The notes under the pieces were generated by a model that was not told where the DNA came from, did not search any database, and was given only the letters and a program-made list of their open reading frames with translations. Positions 22,105-32,521 of a DNA stretch of 57,999 nucleotides are shown piece by piece. Numbering within the stretch: position 1 is the first letter of the stretch; the number at the start of each line of letters is the position of its first letter. Origin of the DNA: a virus. The translations under genes and the position numbers were made by a program. The DNA is taken from positions 1 to 57,999 of IMG/VR virus record IMGVR_UViG_3300031962_000004; one strand, written 5' to 3'.

Positions 22105-23316
22105 ATGAGAGTTCAGTATAGACCGACACACGAGGAACTGAGGCAATGGCTTCGGGCTCACACCATCAAGGGAGGAGCGGACCCATTCATCCCGGAGATC
22201 GAATCCACAACCCTCTTCGAAATTTTTCCAAAAGTGGTTCAAGACAACTATTTCCTCGACACTCCCTTTATGGCGCACCTGCGCGACCACTGCCTGGCGA
22301 TGTTCGGCGGCGGTTCGGCCATGCAGCAGACCTTCGTGTACGCACCGATGGTGACCGGCTCCTACGGCCCCGGCCAGACGTTCAACACGGCCAAGCGCCA
22401 GACCATCGCGGGAACCCGGTTCGATCCCAAGTACTACGCTTCGATCATTCCCGAGTACCTTGAAGACCTGGATGTGATCAACCGCGGCGATCTCGCGGTG
22501 TTTTCGCTCCTGAACCTGGATCTCGCGACCGGCATGAATTCGATCTGCGCCAACGTCGCCGTGGCGCTCGCCCTGCACGGGCAGCCGACCACTGCCGGAA
22601 TCGTGGGTAACCGGCCATTTGACATCAACGGATGGATCGAGGCCATAAACGACGGGATCACGCCCGGATGGGACGGGTCGGTGTTTACCACCTACGGAGG
22701 CCAGGCCCGCAACGGCGCGATTGTGTCGGCGTTGAACTCCATCCCCAAGTTCGTAGGGGACGCGACCAGCGGCGCGACCGGCGCACTGACGTACTCGATT
22801 CTCGAAGAAGCCTACTGGGATGCGACCATCGGGCGCGAGCGTCCTAACCTGGGGTCGACCTCGAAGCGCGGCATGGCGATCATCAAGGAGCGGATCCAGC
22901 CCGCCCAGCGGGTCAATATGGAGAACGCCGTGGACGCCTACTTCGGCGTAACGGGTGTCAAGATGAACGACGCCATCATTCTGCCGGACGACTACTGGCC
23001 GTCCGCCGCCTACGGAGTCAACGACCCCAACCTTGGCAATTATCTCACCAGCACTTTCGCGGTGCCGGCGGGAGTGAGTTCCCAGTCCGGACTTCCGGCG
23101 CAGGGCGTTACCGTCACTGTCGGAGAGGTATTCGTGTGGCTCAACACCTTCAAGTGGCTTTTCCGCATGAGTGCATCCCCGCGCTACCAGTTCGGCTTGC
23201 AGGGGTTCTTTCCGGCGGCGGACACAACCAAGGTTGTGGCCCGCATTCATGCGATGTGTAACCTGATCTGCACAGCGCCGCGCCAGCAAAAACAGATTTA
23301 CGGCTTCGCCGCGTAA
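22105..23316 (+). CDS. Major capsid protein (assigned by position)
   Basis: 403 aa after the scaffold gene; AAGGGAG SD. Confidence 0.65.
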   Translation: MRVQYRPTHEELRQWLRAHTIKGGADPFIPEIESTTLFEIFPKVVQDNYFLDTPFMAHLRDHCLAMFGGGSAMQQTFVYAPMVTGSYGPGQTFNTAKRQTIAGTRFDPKYYASIIPEYLEDLDVINRGDLAVFSLLNLDLATGMNSICANVAVALALHGQPTTAGIVGNRPFDINGWIEAINDGITPGWDGSVFTTYGGQARNGAIVSALNSIPKFVGDATSGATGALTYSILEEAYWDATIGRERPNLGSTSKRGMAIIKERIQPAQRVNMENAVDAYFGVTGVKMNDAIILPDDYWPSAAYGVNDPNLGNYLTSTFAVPAGVSSQSGLPAQGVTVTVGEVFVWLNTFKWLFRMSASPRYQFGLQGFFPAADTTKVVARIHAMCNLICTAPRQQKQIYGFAA

Positions 23317-23325
23317 GGAGACACC

Positions 23326-23940
23326 ATGCCGAATCATGTTGAGCAGCAAATCGACCGCACTAATGGAGTTTACGGCGAACTGAACACTGTCAACGATGCG
23401 CTCGCTGGCGGCCAGGGCTCCAGCCTCACCTCACTCGCTCGTTACGCCGCGCAGGCCGGATCGCGCCTGATCCTGGACGCCGTTGGCGTCATGAATGCAG
23501 CGACGGGACTCTTCGGAGGGTGGTACCAGTACGTCAAGATCCTCTCCACGGCAACTCTCGCACCCGCGCTCGGCAAGGCCGTGTTCTGGAACGATCTGGA
23601 GAACTACATCGTCACCACCGACTATTCGGCTACGCAGGTCGGCAAGGTCGCGGGCATCATTATCAACACCGCGGCCCAGCCCGTATCTAAGGGGAACTGG
23701 TGCTGGGTCCAGACTAAAGGCAAGGCCAAAGTCCTGTTCGGGACGGTCGCGGCCGCAACGCCCGCAGACGGAGATCTGGTGATTATCAACACCGGGGCGG
23801 TGGGCGACGTTCCAGCCAATCAGGACACCACCACCATTACCGGCCTGATCCTTAAGCAGGCTATCGGCGTGGCTTTGGGAGCCCCGGCGTCCGCCGTGGC
23901 TTCGACTGTGCTCCTGCGCTGGATGCCGGACGTGATCTAA
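23326..23940 (+). CDS. Putative head decoration / accessory protein
   Basis: 204 aa after the coat gene; AAGGAG SD; Gly/Ala/Val-rich beta-type sequence. Confidence 0.4.
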   Translation: MPNHVEQQIDRTNGVYGELNTVNDALAGGQGSSLTSLARYAAQAGSRLILDAVGVMNAATGLFGGWYQYVKILSTATLAPALGKAVFWNDLENYIVTTDYSATQVGKVAGIIINTAAQPVSKGNWCWVQTKGKAKVLFGTVAAATPADGDLVIINTGAVGDVPANQDTTTITGLILKQAIGVALGAPASAVASTVLLRWMPDVI

Positions 23941-23950
23941 GGGAGGGCCA

Positions 23951-24307
23951 ATGGCCAACGGAAGCGTTGCAAGCGTCGTCAAGGCACTTTTCAATATCGG
24001 ACTGGCGCCTCAGGTCAAGCTATCGGCCATCAACTGGCTCGGTCCCTCCACCTATGCTCCCATAGTGGTCGGAGTCGCCCCCGCTCTAGCGACGGGTGGC
24101 GATGTCATCACCGCGGCAGCCTTCGGTCTCAAAACCATTGAAACCCTACAGGGCGGAGTGACCTGGGACGGTAACTACCTGGTGGTTCCCCTTCGCCGCA
24201 ACGCCACCACCTGGGTGCTCACCTGGATCGTGATCGCCACTGGATTACAGGCCGGGGCCATCACCCTTAACGCTTCCACGGTAAGACTGAGCGCCATCGG
24301 ACTGTAG
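23951..24307 (+). CDS. Hypothetical virion-module protein, 118 aa
   Basis: Track ORF; GGGAGG SD. Confidence 0.6.
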   Translation: MANGSVASVVKALFNIGLAPQVKLSAINWLGPSTYAPIVVGVAPALATGGDVITAAAFGLKTIETLQGGVTWDGNYLVVPLRRNATTWVLTWIVIATGLQAGAITLNASTVRLSAIGL

Positions 24308-24311
24308 CCGT

Positions 24312-25289
24312 GTGTCCACGCTACAGAGTCTCGCGGCTGAACTGAAAAGCTGGTTCCCCGGGATAGAGCCGCTCTCCCTCCCGCCCTTCGCTCGCCGAGC
24401 CTATCGGGATGTCCGAGACTCCCGCAAGTGGAGCTTCCTGATGCGGAACGGATCGGTGTTCGTGCCGTCACAGATCACGGGCGGGACCGTCACGGTCACG
24501 CAGTTCAGCGCCTCGGTGGTAGGGGATGCGACCGCCGCTCCGTTCTGGGTAGCCGTCGCGCTGCCAGCCGCTCCGCAACCCGCGCTTACTCAGCGCCAGT
24601 TCCGAGTGGGCGGGGGACCGATCTACAATATCATCGCGTTCGACGGCGTAAACACCATTACGCTCGACCGTCCCTACGCGGAGGGTAGCATGGCGGGCCA
24701 GAGCTATATGATCTACCTGCCCTACGTTCCGTGCCCCGCCCCGGATTTCGTGAAGTGGCTCGGAATAGCGGACCCTATCAACGATTACCGCATCCGGCGC
24801 CGGAATCTCTTTAAGACCAGAGCGGAGGTGGACCGGCGCGACCCCAACCGCTCGGCCTTCTCGATCCCCATCTGGATTGCGTCCTACGACTACACGACCC
24901 TCCCTAACGGACAGGTGGTGCCGCGCAATGAGTGGTGGCCGCACCCGGTCCAGGAGATCGCCTACAATGTGGGGTATCAGGTGCGCGGGGATCTGGCCGA
25001 CTCCGATCCTATCCCGGCGCAGATTTCCGATGCGACCATCATCGCGCGGGCCAGGTTCTACTGCTATAGCTTCCAGATCACCCAGGCCAACGTCCCCAAG
25101 GATCAGATTAGCGGGATCGTGCAGGCCCAGCGAATGGTGACGGCGGAGTACGCGGACTTGCTTCAGAAAGACAAGCGCAATGATGACGACATCTTTGAAC
25201 AGTTAATTTTTGAGAATGAAGACGAACCAACCTTGAGTGGGCCGATCGACAGCGATTTCGCGCAGTCTCACGACTACTTCTGGGTGTAA
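24312..25289 (+). CDS. Virion-module protein, 325 aa (possible head-tail adaptor)
   Basis: Track ORF; GTG start; called from position only. Confidence 0.5.
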   Translation: MSTLQSLAAELKSWFPGIEPLSLPPFARRAYRDVRDSRKWSFLMRNGSVFVPSQITGGTVTVTQFSASVVGDATAAPFWVAVALPAAPQPALTQRQFRVGGGPIYNIIAFDGVNTITLDRPYAEGSMAGQSYMIYLPYVPCPAPDFVKWLGIADPINDYRIRRRNLFKTRAEVDRRDPNRSAFSIPIWIASYDYTTLPNGQVVPRNEWWPHPVQEIAYNVGYQVRGDLADSDPIPAQISDATIIARARFYCYSFQITQANVPKDQISGIVQAQRMVTAEYADLLQKDKRNDDDIFEQLIFENEDEPTLSGPIDSDFAQSHDYFWV

Positions 25290-25309
25290 GGTAGAGAGAA
25301 GGAGATTTT

Positions 25310-25537
25310 ATGGCAGAAAAAGGCGGAATGACCACTCCAATGAACCACAGTTTCCCCCAGCCTCCTAAGGGCACCAATGCGGGCGGGGGGGATGTGGAGG
25401 GCTGGAGCGTTATGAACGAACTGGGAGCACCGAAGGCCGCGGCGGACGAACCATTGCTCCAGATCACGCAGGATATCGGCGCGCCTCTCAATGGACGCAC
25501 CATGCCGATGCCCAAGGGGACCGAGTATAAACCGTAA
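25310..25537 (+). CDS. Hypothetical protein, 75 aa
   Basis: Track ORF; GAAGGAG SD. Confidence 0.6.
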   Translation: MAEKGGMTTPMNHSFPQPPKGTNAGGGDVEGWSVMNELGAPKAAADEPLLQITQDIGAPLNGRTMPMPKGTEYKP

Positions 25538-25545
25538 GGAGAGAC

Positions 25546-25740
25546 GTGCCCGCCTCGCAGGTGCTCAAGAAATTCCGCAAGGGCAAGCTACATTCTGGTT
25601 CCAAGACCGGGCCAGTGGTGACCAATAAGAAGCAGGCCACTGCGATTCAGTTGAGCGAAGCACGTTCCGAGGGCTACGACATCCCGAGGTCCCCGAAGCG
25701 CCACGCCAAGGCCCGGCGCAAGCGAACTCAAAAGCGATGA
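25546..25740 (+). CDS. Small basic protein, 64 aa, with a KFRKGKLHSGS...KQATAIQLSEAR motif
   Basis: Track ORF; GTG after AAGGAGAG; Lys/Arg-rich tail. Confidence 0.55.
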   Translation: MPASQVLKKFRKGKLHSGSKTGPVVTNKKQATAIQLSEARSEGYDIPRSPKRHAKARRKRTQKR

Positions 25741-25958
25741 ATATGGACACCGTTGAGAGAACCGAACAGCCATGGCGCACCGCGAATGAGACGGTCATCA
25801 GCGCCATGGAGGAGTTCTCGGTAGCAGAACCTAAAGCGGTGGTGATCATCTTCACTGACGAGAATGGGGATGTCATTATCAAGGGGAATACTGGGAAGTG
25901 TCTCGCTCTCGGGTTAATCGAAAACGCCAAACACATGATCCTTTCCGGCCAAGCCTGA
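25737..25958 (+). CDS. Hypothetical protein, 73 aa
   Basis: Track ORF; ATGA overlap. Confidence 0.55.
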   Translation: MNMDTVERTEQPWRTANETVISAMEEFSVAEPKAVVIIFTDENGDVIIKGNTGKCLALGLIENAKHMILSGQA

Positions 25959-25964
25959 TGAGCA

Positions 25965-27281
25965 ATGCCCACGCCCCCTACCCTCGCCATCACAATCAAC
26001 TCTCTGGTCGCCCTACTGCAGCAACGTCTGGGCGAGACTACGGGTATATACTGGACGCCAACGGAGCTAACCCTTTACATCAGGCAAGCGATCCGGGAGT
26101 TCCAGGTGCTCACGGGTTTCTGGCGGTCCCGGATTCAGATAACGACCTCGGCGAACACACCGTTCTACGATCTCTCGTCCTCCGATCCGCAACTGGCCTA
26201 CACCGTCACCGACTTCGATATTCTCTCCCAGATCGGCTTTCACCTGCTAGAGTCCGGAGCCTCGCCATTCGTGATCACGTCCCAGTTCACCCAGGGGACG
26301 CTCACGGCGGCTTTCGACCAACGGCGGGAGGAAATCTTCGGAGACACCCGGATGGTCGTGAGCGAGTTCACGGACCCAGTGGGTTCCCCGGTAGCCGGCC
26401 GGGTGGTTCTCCCCAGCGGAGTCTTACAGGTGCACCGCGCCGACTGGCAGGACTCAATCAGCGGATTGTGGTCGCGCCTGGAGCGCAGCGATGAGATCGG
26501 GGGGTACGGATGGCAGTTCGGATGGCCCGCGTCGCCAGCACTACCATTGGCGTTTTCCGTGGGAGTCACGCCTCCATTCACCCTGCAATTGATACCGCCT
26601 AATGCGAATACTGGTAATCTGGACCTTATTTTGACCCAGTGCGCGCCCTATGCTTTTATAGGTTCACCCCAAACTCTAGGTGTTCCCGATGACGCTACCT
26701 TTGCGCTTTCGTGGGGAATTCTGGCGTCAATTCTAGGGCAGGATTCACAGAGTCGAGACTACGCGCGGGCGGATTATGCACTTGCCCGGTGGAACATGGC
26801 GCTCGAAATCCTCAAGACGTATCCCCTGGTGATGCAGGTGGGGCTAGGGCAGTCTCAGATCCAGCCCGCCACGATGCAGGGCCTCGATGCTTGGCGACCC
26901 AGCTGGAGGAACGAGGCGCCCGCCCAGCCCGATACCTTCGCGGTGGTGGGCCGCAACATGATCGCGCTGGCTACTACTCCGAACGCGGCCTACAACGCTG
27001 AAGCGGACTGCATCGTCAATTCTCCAGCCAGCGGATCGGGTTCCGCCACGATCTCGATACCGGGCGACATCGTGACGGCGCTGCTCGATAACGGAACGCA
27101 TCTGGCGTGCTTTAAGATGGGTGGCGACGAGTTCCAGGCAACGCTCGGAATGTATCGTAATTTCACGATGGTAGCCCAGGAGTACGCTTCTCGTGAGAGG
27201 GCGGAGGCTATAAATTTCGAGGCCCTGCGGGATGTGACTAAATACGAGAACGCGCAGATGCCTTTCGAGGTGACGGCATGA
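25965..27281 (+). CDS. Virion-module protein, 438 aa
   Basis: Track ORF; called from position only. Confidence 0.55.
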   Translation: MPTPPTLAITINSLVALLQQRLGETTGIYWTPTELTLYIRQAIREFQVLTGFWRSRIQITTSANTPFYDLSSSDPQLAYTVTDFDILSQIGFHLLESGASPFVITSQFTQGTLTAAFDQRREEIFGDTRMVVSEFTDPVGSPVAGRVVLPSGVLQVHRADWQDSISGLWSRLERSDEIGGYGWQFGWPASPALPLAFSVGVTPPFTLQLIPPNANTGNLDLILTQCAPYAFIGSPQTLGVPDDATFALSWGILASILGQDSQSRDYARADYALARWNMALEILKTYPLVMQVGLGQSQIQPATMQGLDAWRPSWRNEAPAQPDTFAVVGRNMIALATTPNAAYNAEADCIVNSPASGSGSATISIPGDIVTALLDNGTHLACFKMGGDEFQATLGMYRNFTMVAQEYASRERAEAINFEALRDVTKYENAQMPFEVTA

Positions 27282-27412
27282 AATGTTCTTGGTGTCACCG
27301 CGTGGGAAGATTCTCTAAGGTGCTGGCCGGAGATCGCGGCGGAGGATGGTTTCCCGCTCCGGCGTGTCCCAAATGCCGCAAGAAATACAAACTCGAAAGG
27401 GTGGACCAATGA
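27278..27412 (+). CDS. Zinc-ribbon micro-protein, 44 aa
   Basis: ATGA overlaps at both ends; CSWCH...CPKC. Confidence 0.45.
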   Translation: MKCSWCHRVGRFSKVLAGDRGGGWFPAPACPKCRKKYKLERVDQ

Positions 27413-28854
27413 AACGCACCCTGTTGCTGTTACTGTTGGCGAACCCAATGTTTGCTCGGGCCATTTACTCCAATTGGTGCCAGGACGGGAACCAGCAGAT
27501 CACCACAGCCGGTATCTCGTCATCGTCTTCTACTCCAGTGCAGCGCTCCTATCCGGCGTGCACCGTAACGGTGTTCCAGTCCGATGGATCGACTCTAGCG
27601 TCTATTTTTTCCGATAACATCGGTACACCAAAGTCGAATCCGTTCACTCTTAGCGGATCGAACGGGCGCTACTCGTTTTACGCCGATCAGGGACTCTACG
27701 TGATCCGTCATTCAGGAACGGGCATCATGACCCCGTTCACATTCGGAATCTTCATGCCGTTCGACGGTTCTGGCGGGGGATTCATCAGCGCGTTGAATGG
27801 TCTCACCGCCTCGTCCCAGACCTTTGCGACCGGGACTGCTGGCACCAATTTCGGTATTGTGTCGAGTGGGAGCACTCATACGTTCAATCTCCCTTCGGCT
27901 TCATCCTCGAGTCGTGGACTGCTGACGAGCGCAGACTGGACGACGTTCAACGCCAAGCAAGGGCCGCTGATTTTCACCTCGCCGCTCGTTAACACCGCGA
28001 ATACCGTGGCCCTGACGCTTCCGATCACGATCTCACAGGGCGGGTGCGGGCAGATCACGCAACTGCTGTGCTTCAATGCCCTCTCGCCGCTCACCACCAA
28101 GGGAGACGATCTGGCGTTCGACGGGACCAATAATATCCGCCTAGGAATCGGTGCTAATAACACGATCCTGGTGGCCGACACCGCCCAGGCGAGCGGGAAG
28201 AAGTGGGCCAGCGTGCTAACGGCCTGCCCGACCTGCAACTTCTCGGCGGCTCCTCTCGCGACCAACGGCGTCGTGATCGGTTCGGCAGGAACGCAGGCGG
28301 AGCAGACCATCACGGTTGATACCACCACGACGCACGTCCTGCACGGGGGCACTCCTCCTTCTTTCGGACCAGTCGGGCCCACGACCGATATCCCCAACAC
28401 TCCGACCTGGCAGACTTTCACAGTGACCGCCATCGCCAACGGCATAAACGGATGTGCCAATGCAAACGGCTGCTGGCAGGTCAACGGCGTTCTAGGTGCG
28501 AACAAGGCCGCAGCTCTCACCCAGAGCGTAGTACTATTTCAGCTTCCGGCGAACGGCTACGCGCAGGCGTTTCGCTATAAGACAGCGCTCGCCTGTACCG
28601 GTACGGCCACTCTCAAGGCTGGATTGGGAACCGCCTCATCGAGTGACTTCTACCTGGTGAGCTCCACCGGCTACGACCTCAAGGCCGCCGTGAGCGCAAC
28701 GAACATCAGCACCGCCCTGCCGCTGGCGTTCGGATCCGACACCTCCGCGGCGGTCAACGTCGTGTCAAGCCTGACGGCCACGACCAATAATATCGATCAG
28801 ATCACCGCCGGGTGTAGTTACTCGATTAGCGTGGAGTGGAGTGTTCTCCCGTAA
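27409..28854 (+). CDS. Tail-fibre-like protein with an N-terminal signal-peptide-like segment
   Basis: ATGA start at 27409; MKRTLLLLLLANPMFA; Ser/Thr/Gly-rich beta-type sequence; SRGLLTSADWTTFNAK. Confidence 0.55.
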   Translation: MKRTLLLLLLANPMFARAIYSNWCQDGNQQITTAGISSSSSTPVQRSYPACTVTVFQSDGSTLASIFSDNIGTPKSNPFTLSGSNGRYSFYADQGLYVIRHSGTGIMTPFTFGIFMPFDGSGGGFISALNGLTASSQTFATGTAGTNFGIVSSGSTHTFNLPSASSSSRGLLTSADWTTFNAKQGPLIFTSPLVNTANTVALTLPITISQGGCGQITQLLCFNALSPLTTKGDDLAFDGTNNIRLGIGANNTILVADTAQASGKKWASVLTACPTCNFSAAPLATNGVVIGSAGTQAEQTITVDTTTTHVLHGGTPPSFGPVGPTTDIPNTPTWQTFTVTAIANGINGCANANGCWQVNGVLGANKAAALTQSVVLFQLPANGYAQAFRYKTALACTGTATLKAGLGTASSSDFYLVSSTGYDLKAAVSATNISTALPLAFGSDTSAAVNVVSSLTATTNNIDQITAGCSYSISVEWSVLP

Positions 28855-31802
28855 TGCCCACCAGCCCCACCAACACCAACCCCGATCATCAGCGGCAGCC
28901 GATACTGCCGTTCGACAATCTCGGGATGAACCTCTCTCTCCCGGTAGATAGGATTCCACCCGGCAAGCACCGGATTCTGGAGAATGTACGCCCCTACGGA
29001 CGCGGAAAGACCCAAGGGCGCCAAGGGCAGGCGGATCTGAGCCAGCAACTAGCCGGAGGAGTTTGTCATTCGCTCTATTCCTGGAACGACCCAGTGCCGT
29101 CCCCGACGGAGTTCCCGACCGCCTACAGCACTCACGCAAGGTTCGCCGGAGTCGGTGCGAATCTTTACGGAGCCGAGCAGAAAAATGGCATTAACAATTT
29201 CGCCTGGCTGGTGGATACCGGATTTAGCGGTAACCCGCTCTCCTTTGTCACGGTACCGAGCGACTTCACACCGCGCCCGTGGGTCCTGATCGGAGACTCA
29301 GCGAAGATGCGCAAGGATTCGTCGGAAACGACGCAGGGAATTTCTCAGATCGGGATCGCTCCTCCGAATGTTGTGCCCCAGATTTTTATCAATGCGGCTA
29401 ATCCTGACGGGCCGGACATAGGCGCGACCGGCATCCCATACACGTATGCGTTCCGGGCTCGTGACGATTCTAAGATTTTTACAGGCGCGATCTCAGACCT
29501 GGGGCCGGCCGTTCGGGACATCAATGGGCTATCGCCTTCGAGCGCCGCGGGATCACCTACGCCGCCGTCCAACATCGAGGTCCTGCTGCCCTCTGCGCAT
29601 CCAGACCCGCAAGTGTTATGGATCGACGTGTTCCGCTTCGGGGGATCAATCGCTGCTTGGACCTATATCGGAACCATGCCCAATATCGCGGGCGCTACCA
29701 TGATCGACACCTTCGATGATCTAAGTTTGGCGTCGGGCGACACGGTCCAATACGGAGACAATCCCCAGCCATTCGTCACCGTGGATAACTCGAAGAACGG
29801 AACCTGCACGCTGACTGCACTGGGAGCGGGCCTGGGAGCGACACTCACGGTGACAGCAGGCGACCAGCTTCGCCCGTATGCGCCCACCGTGGATGCTCCA
29901 TATTATCCGCTGGGCACGCAGGTGAGCGTGGCGGGGACGTTATTTACTTTTGCCCGCTCCCCGGATTCCGCTACTAGCGTGGAACTACTTGAAGATCCAC
30001 CGGCTGGTATGACGGGGGGGGACTTTCAGATCAACTCACCCGAGATGTGGAAGCAGCCCCTTCCGTGCCTCTGGGGTCCCTACGGAGGAGGAGAGACCGG
30101 GATCTTCGTATTCGCTTGCGCGGACGCTCTAAATTCCGGAAACCTGTATTGGACCAAGGGCAACCATCCCGAGAACCATCCCGCCGGCAACGTACTGACG
30201 ATCGCCTCCGGCTCGGAAACTATGATGAACGGGTGCATCTACGGCGGTGAGCCGTATGTATTCTCAACCAATCGTCTGTTCCGAATCTATCCCACGCTTG
30301 GTCAGGTGACCGACTTCATTGCTATTGAAGTCCCCAACTCCAAGGGACTATTCGCGCGGTGGGGTCTCGCTGTGACCCCGCAGGGAATTGCGTTCATCGC
30401 CAAGGACGGGATCTACCTCAGCGCCGGAGGGTCGCCTACCTCGCTCACGGACGCGGATCTTTATCCGATCTTCCCGCACGAGGGAACCGGCGCGAACTTA
30501 TCCGCATTCCCAACAATCGACGGCCTGACCGGAACCAGTTTCTCGCCTCCCGACTTCAGTAAGCCGGACAACATGCGCCTGGCCTACGGAGATGGATTCC
30601 TTCAATTCACCTATATCGATCAGACCGCGACGTACCGTACGTTGGTATATGATTTCTTCTCTCAGGGGTGGATCTCACGCGATACCTTCGTCCAACATCC
30701 GGTGGCCTGCTATTTCTTCGAGGTATCGCAGGACTCGGCGGTTCCAGCCCGAACCTTTAGCCAGTTCTTGATGGGCACTGCGGACGGGCTCGTGACCAAT
30801 TTCTCGGGCGGGACCGACTTCGGATTCGCTATCAGCGGGCACATCCGAACCGGATCGTTTGACAAAGGCGATCCGCGCCCGCGCGACCTATGGAGCGACA
30901 TCGAGATGGACCTCGATACCGAGTGTGATTCCATCGTGGTCGAAGTCGGGATGGATAATTTCTCTTACTTCACAAATTTCACCTCGACCGGACTAAACCT
31001 GACCGGACGGCGCCGGGTTCTCCTCGATCTCAATTCGGGTCAGGGACAGTACGGATATAACCTCGGTCTCGATATTCAGTGGAGCACGACCGGAGGCGCG
31101 ATCCCGCTATTCTATTTCTGGGCTCCCTCCTGGCTCCCTAAGCCGGAGTTATCCGCCCTACGGTTCACGGGATTCGATGACCTGGGATATCCTGGCGCCA
31201 AGTTCATCCAGGGATTTAAGCTACGCGCCGACACCCTCAACATAGCCCGCGTGGTACAGGTTCTCGATGATTTCAATGCCCCGCATCCCTTCACGCCGGC
31301 TACGATTCAGCATCCCCGCGAGCAGACCATCGCGTACTCGTTCGACACGCCCTTCATTTCGCATCTGGTGCGGTTCGCGCCCCAGGACGCCGCTTTCTGG
31401 AGAATCGAAGGCGTGGAGTGGATCTGGGAGCCCGCCCCCGAGCTAGTGACCACCTGGCAGACGCAGGAAACCACACTCGACTTCCCCCTCTGGTTTCACC
31501 ATCGCGACATTTATCTGCCAATCATTAGCACCGACTTAGTAACTCTGGCCGTAAACACCATCGAGAACCCTACCGGGCCGTTCACCTACTCGCGTCCATC
31601 GACAGGCGGATTGTATGATCGGGGATACTTCCCGGTTCAGCCCATGAAGGCGCTGGCCGTGTCCTACCGTGCGACGTCCCCGGCTGGTTTCCGCGTATTC
31701 CAGAAAGATATGGTGGTGAACGCCAAAGCGTGGGGTAGCGGGGCTTTTATTCCCAAGCAGCCCTTTGGGGACCTATCAAGAATGAATGGAGCAAGGATTT
31801 AA
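28854..31802 (+). CDS. Large virion structural protein, 982 aa (tail hub/nozzle-type candidate)
   Basis: TAATG overlap start; called from size and position among the fibre genes. Confidence 0.5.
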   Translation: MPTSPTNTNPDHQRQPILPFDNLGMNLSLPVDRIPPGKHRILENVRPYGRGKTQGRQGQADLSQQLAGGVCHSLYSWNDPVPSPTEFPTAYSTHARFAGVGANLYGAEQKNGINNFAWLVDTGFSGNPLSFVTVPSDFTPRPWVLIGDSAKMRKDSSETTQGISQIGIAPPNVVPQIFINAANPDGPDIGATGIPYTYAFRARDDSKIFTGAISDLGPAVRDINGLSPSSAAGSPTPPSNIEVLLPSAHPDPQVLWIDVFRFGGSIAAWTYIGTMPNIAGATMIDTFDDLSLASGDTVQYGDNPQPFVTVDNSKNGTCTLTALGAGLGATLTVTAGDQLRPYAPTVDAPYYPLGTQVSVAGTLFTFARSPDSATSVELLEDPPAGMTGGDFQINSPEMWKQPLPCLWGPYGGGETGIFVFACADALNSGNLYWTKGNHPENHPAGNVLTIASGSETMMNGCIYGGEPYVFSTNRLFRIYPTLGQVTDFIAIEVPNSKGLFARWGLAVTPQGIAFIAKDGIYLSAGGSPTSLTDADLYPIFPHEGTGANLSAFPTIDGLTGTSFSPPDFSKPDNMRLAYGDGFLQFTYIDQTATYRTLVYDFFSQGWISRDTFVQHPVACYFFEVSQDSAVPARTFSQFLMGTADGLVTNFSGGTDFGFAISGHIRTGSFDKGDPRPRDLWSDIEMDLDTECDSIVVEVGMDNFSYFTNFTSTGLNLTGRRRVLLDLNSGQGQYGYNLGLDIQWSTTGGAIPLFYFWAPSWLPKPELSALRFTGFDDLGYPGAKFIQGFKLRADTLNIARVVQVLDDFNAPHPFTPATIQHPREQTIAYSFDTPFISHLVRFAPQDAAFWRIEGVEWIWEPAPELVTTWQTQETTLDFPLWFHHRDIYLPIISTDLVTLAVNTIENPTGPFTYSRPSTGGLYDRGYFPVQPMKALAVSYRATSPAGFRVFQKDMVVNAKAWGSGAFIPKQPFGDLSRMNGARI

Positions 31803-31857
31803 TGCGCCGAATATCGTGGCGTACAAACGAATCGCTTGAAAGGACTGGATTCTAAAC

Positions 31858-32520
31858 GTGGCTGAACAGCTTGCCAATTTCGCCTATACCACCGTGACCG
31901 GAGGCTATACCGCCGGATCAGGCGTGCTCAATGTTGCGTCCACTTCCACGGGGTCAGGCATCCAGCCATTTCCGTTGAGCGGCACTTTTGACGTGTCTAT
32001 CTCGGATCACACCACTACCCCTCCGACTCCAAAAGCTCTGCTCGAAGTCACGGCCATCAACTCCGGTACGCAGTTCGCCGTGACCAACTCGGGCGGGGTC
32101 GATGTGAACATGAACGCCGGAGATATTGTTCAGATCGTCATGACGGTGCGATCGCTCACCGCGTATCTTCAAGGAACTTGGACTCCGCTCGTAGGGCTTT
32201 ACGCCAACGGTTGGACGGATTTTGGAAGCGGTTACCAAGTCGGTCAATACAGCAAGGACGGAACCGGACGGGTTTGGATTCGCGGCGTGTTAGCGGCCGG
32301 AACTCTCACGGCCGGTACTACGATTCTGACCTTGCCGTCTGGCTTTCGGCCCGCGACCCTCATTGCGGTCTCGGTGGTCGGAGCACCTGCCTCTGGTACG
32401 GCCTACAATGTTGCGCAAGTTGACATCCAACCGGGAGGAGCGGTGGTCCAACAAACCAATGCCGCGAACTTTGCTGCCGCTGGTGCATGGCTTTTTAATT
32501 TCTCCTTTTCCGTAAACTAA
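31858..32520 (+). CDS. Tail-fibre-like protein, 220 aa
   Basis: Track ORF; GTG start; TLPSGFRP-type C-terminal region. Confidence 0.5.
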   Translation: MAEQLANFAYTTVTGGYTAGSGVLNVASTSTGSGIQPFPLSGTFDVSISDHTTTPPTPKALLEVTAINSGTQFAVTNSGGVDVNMNAGDIVQIVMTVRSLTAYLQGTWTPLVGLYANGWTDFGSGYQVGQYSKDGTGRVWIRGVLAAGTLTAGTTILTLPSGFRPATLIAVSVVGAPASGTAYNVAQVDIQPGGAVVQQTNAANFAAAGAWLFNFSFSVN

Positions 32521-32521
32521 C

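Noticed and set aside
22418-22428. GGTTCGATCCC, a tRNA T-arm-like string
   Set aside because: It lies inside the coat gene reading frame with no acceptor, D or anticodon stems around it. No other tRNA-like cloverleaf was found in the non-coding gaps.
22045-23349. 434-aa minus-strand ORF, with similar long antisense ORFs at 16898-17953, 21015-21716, 23431-23994, 37462-38046 and 46290-47006
   Set aside because: They lie antisense to well-supported structural genes and are Arg/Gly/Pro/His-rich nonsense with no SD or coupling. Long antisense ORFs are expected in GC-rich DNA because stop codons are rare.
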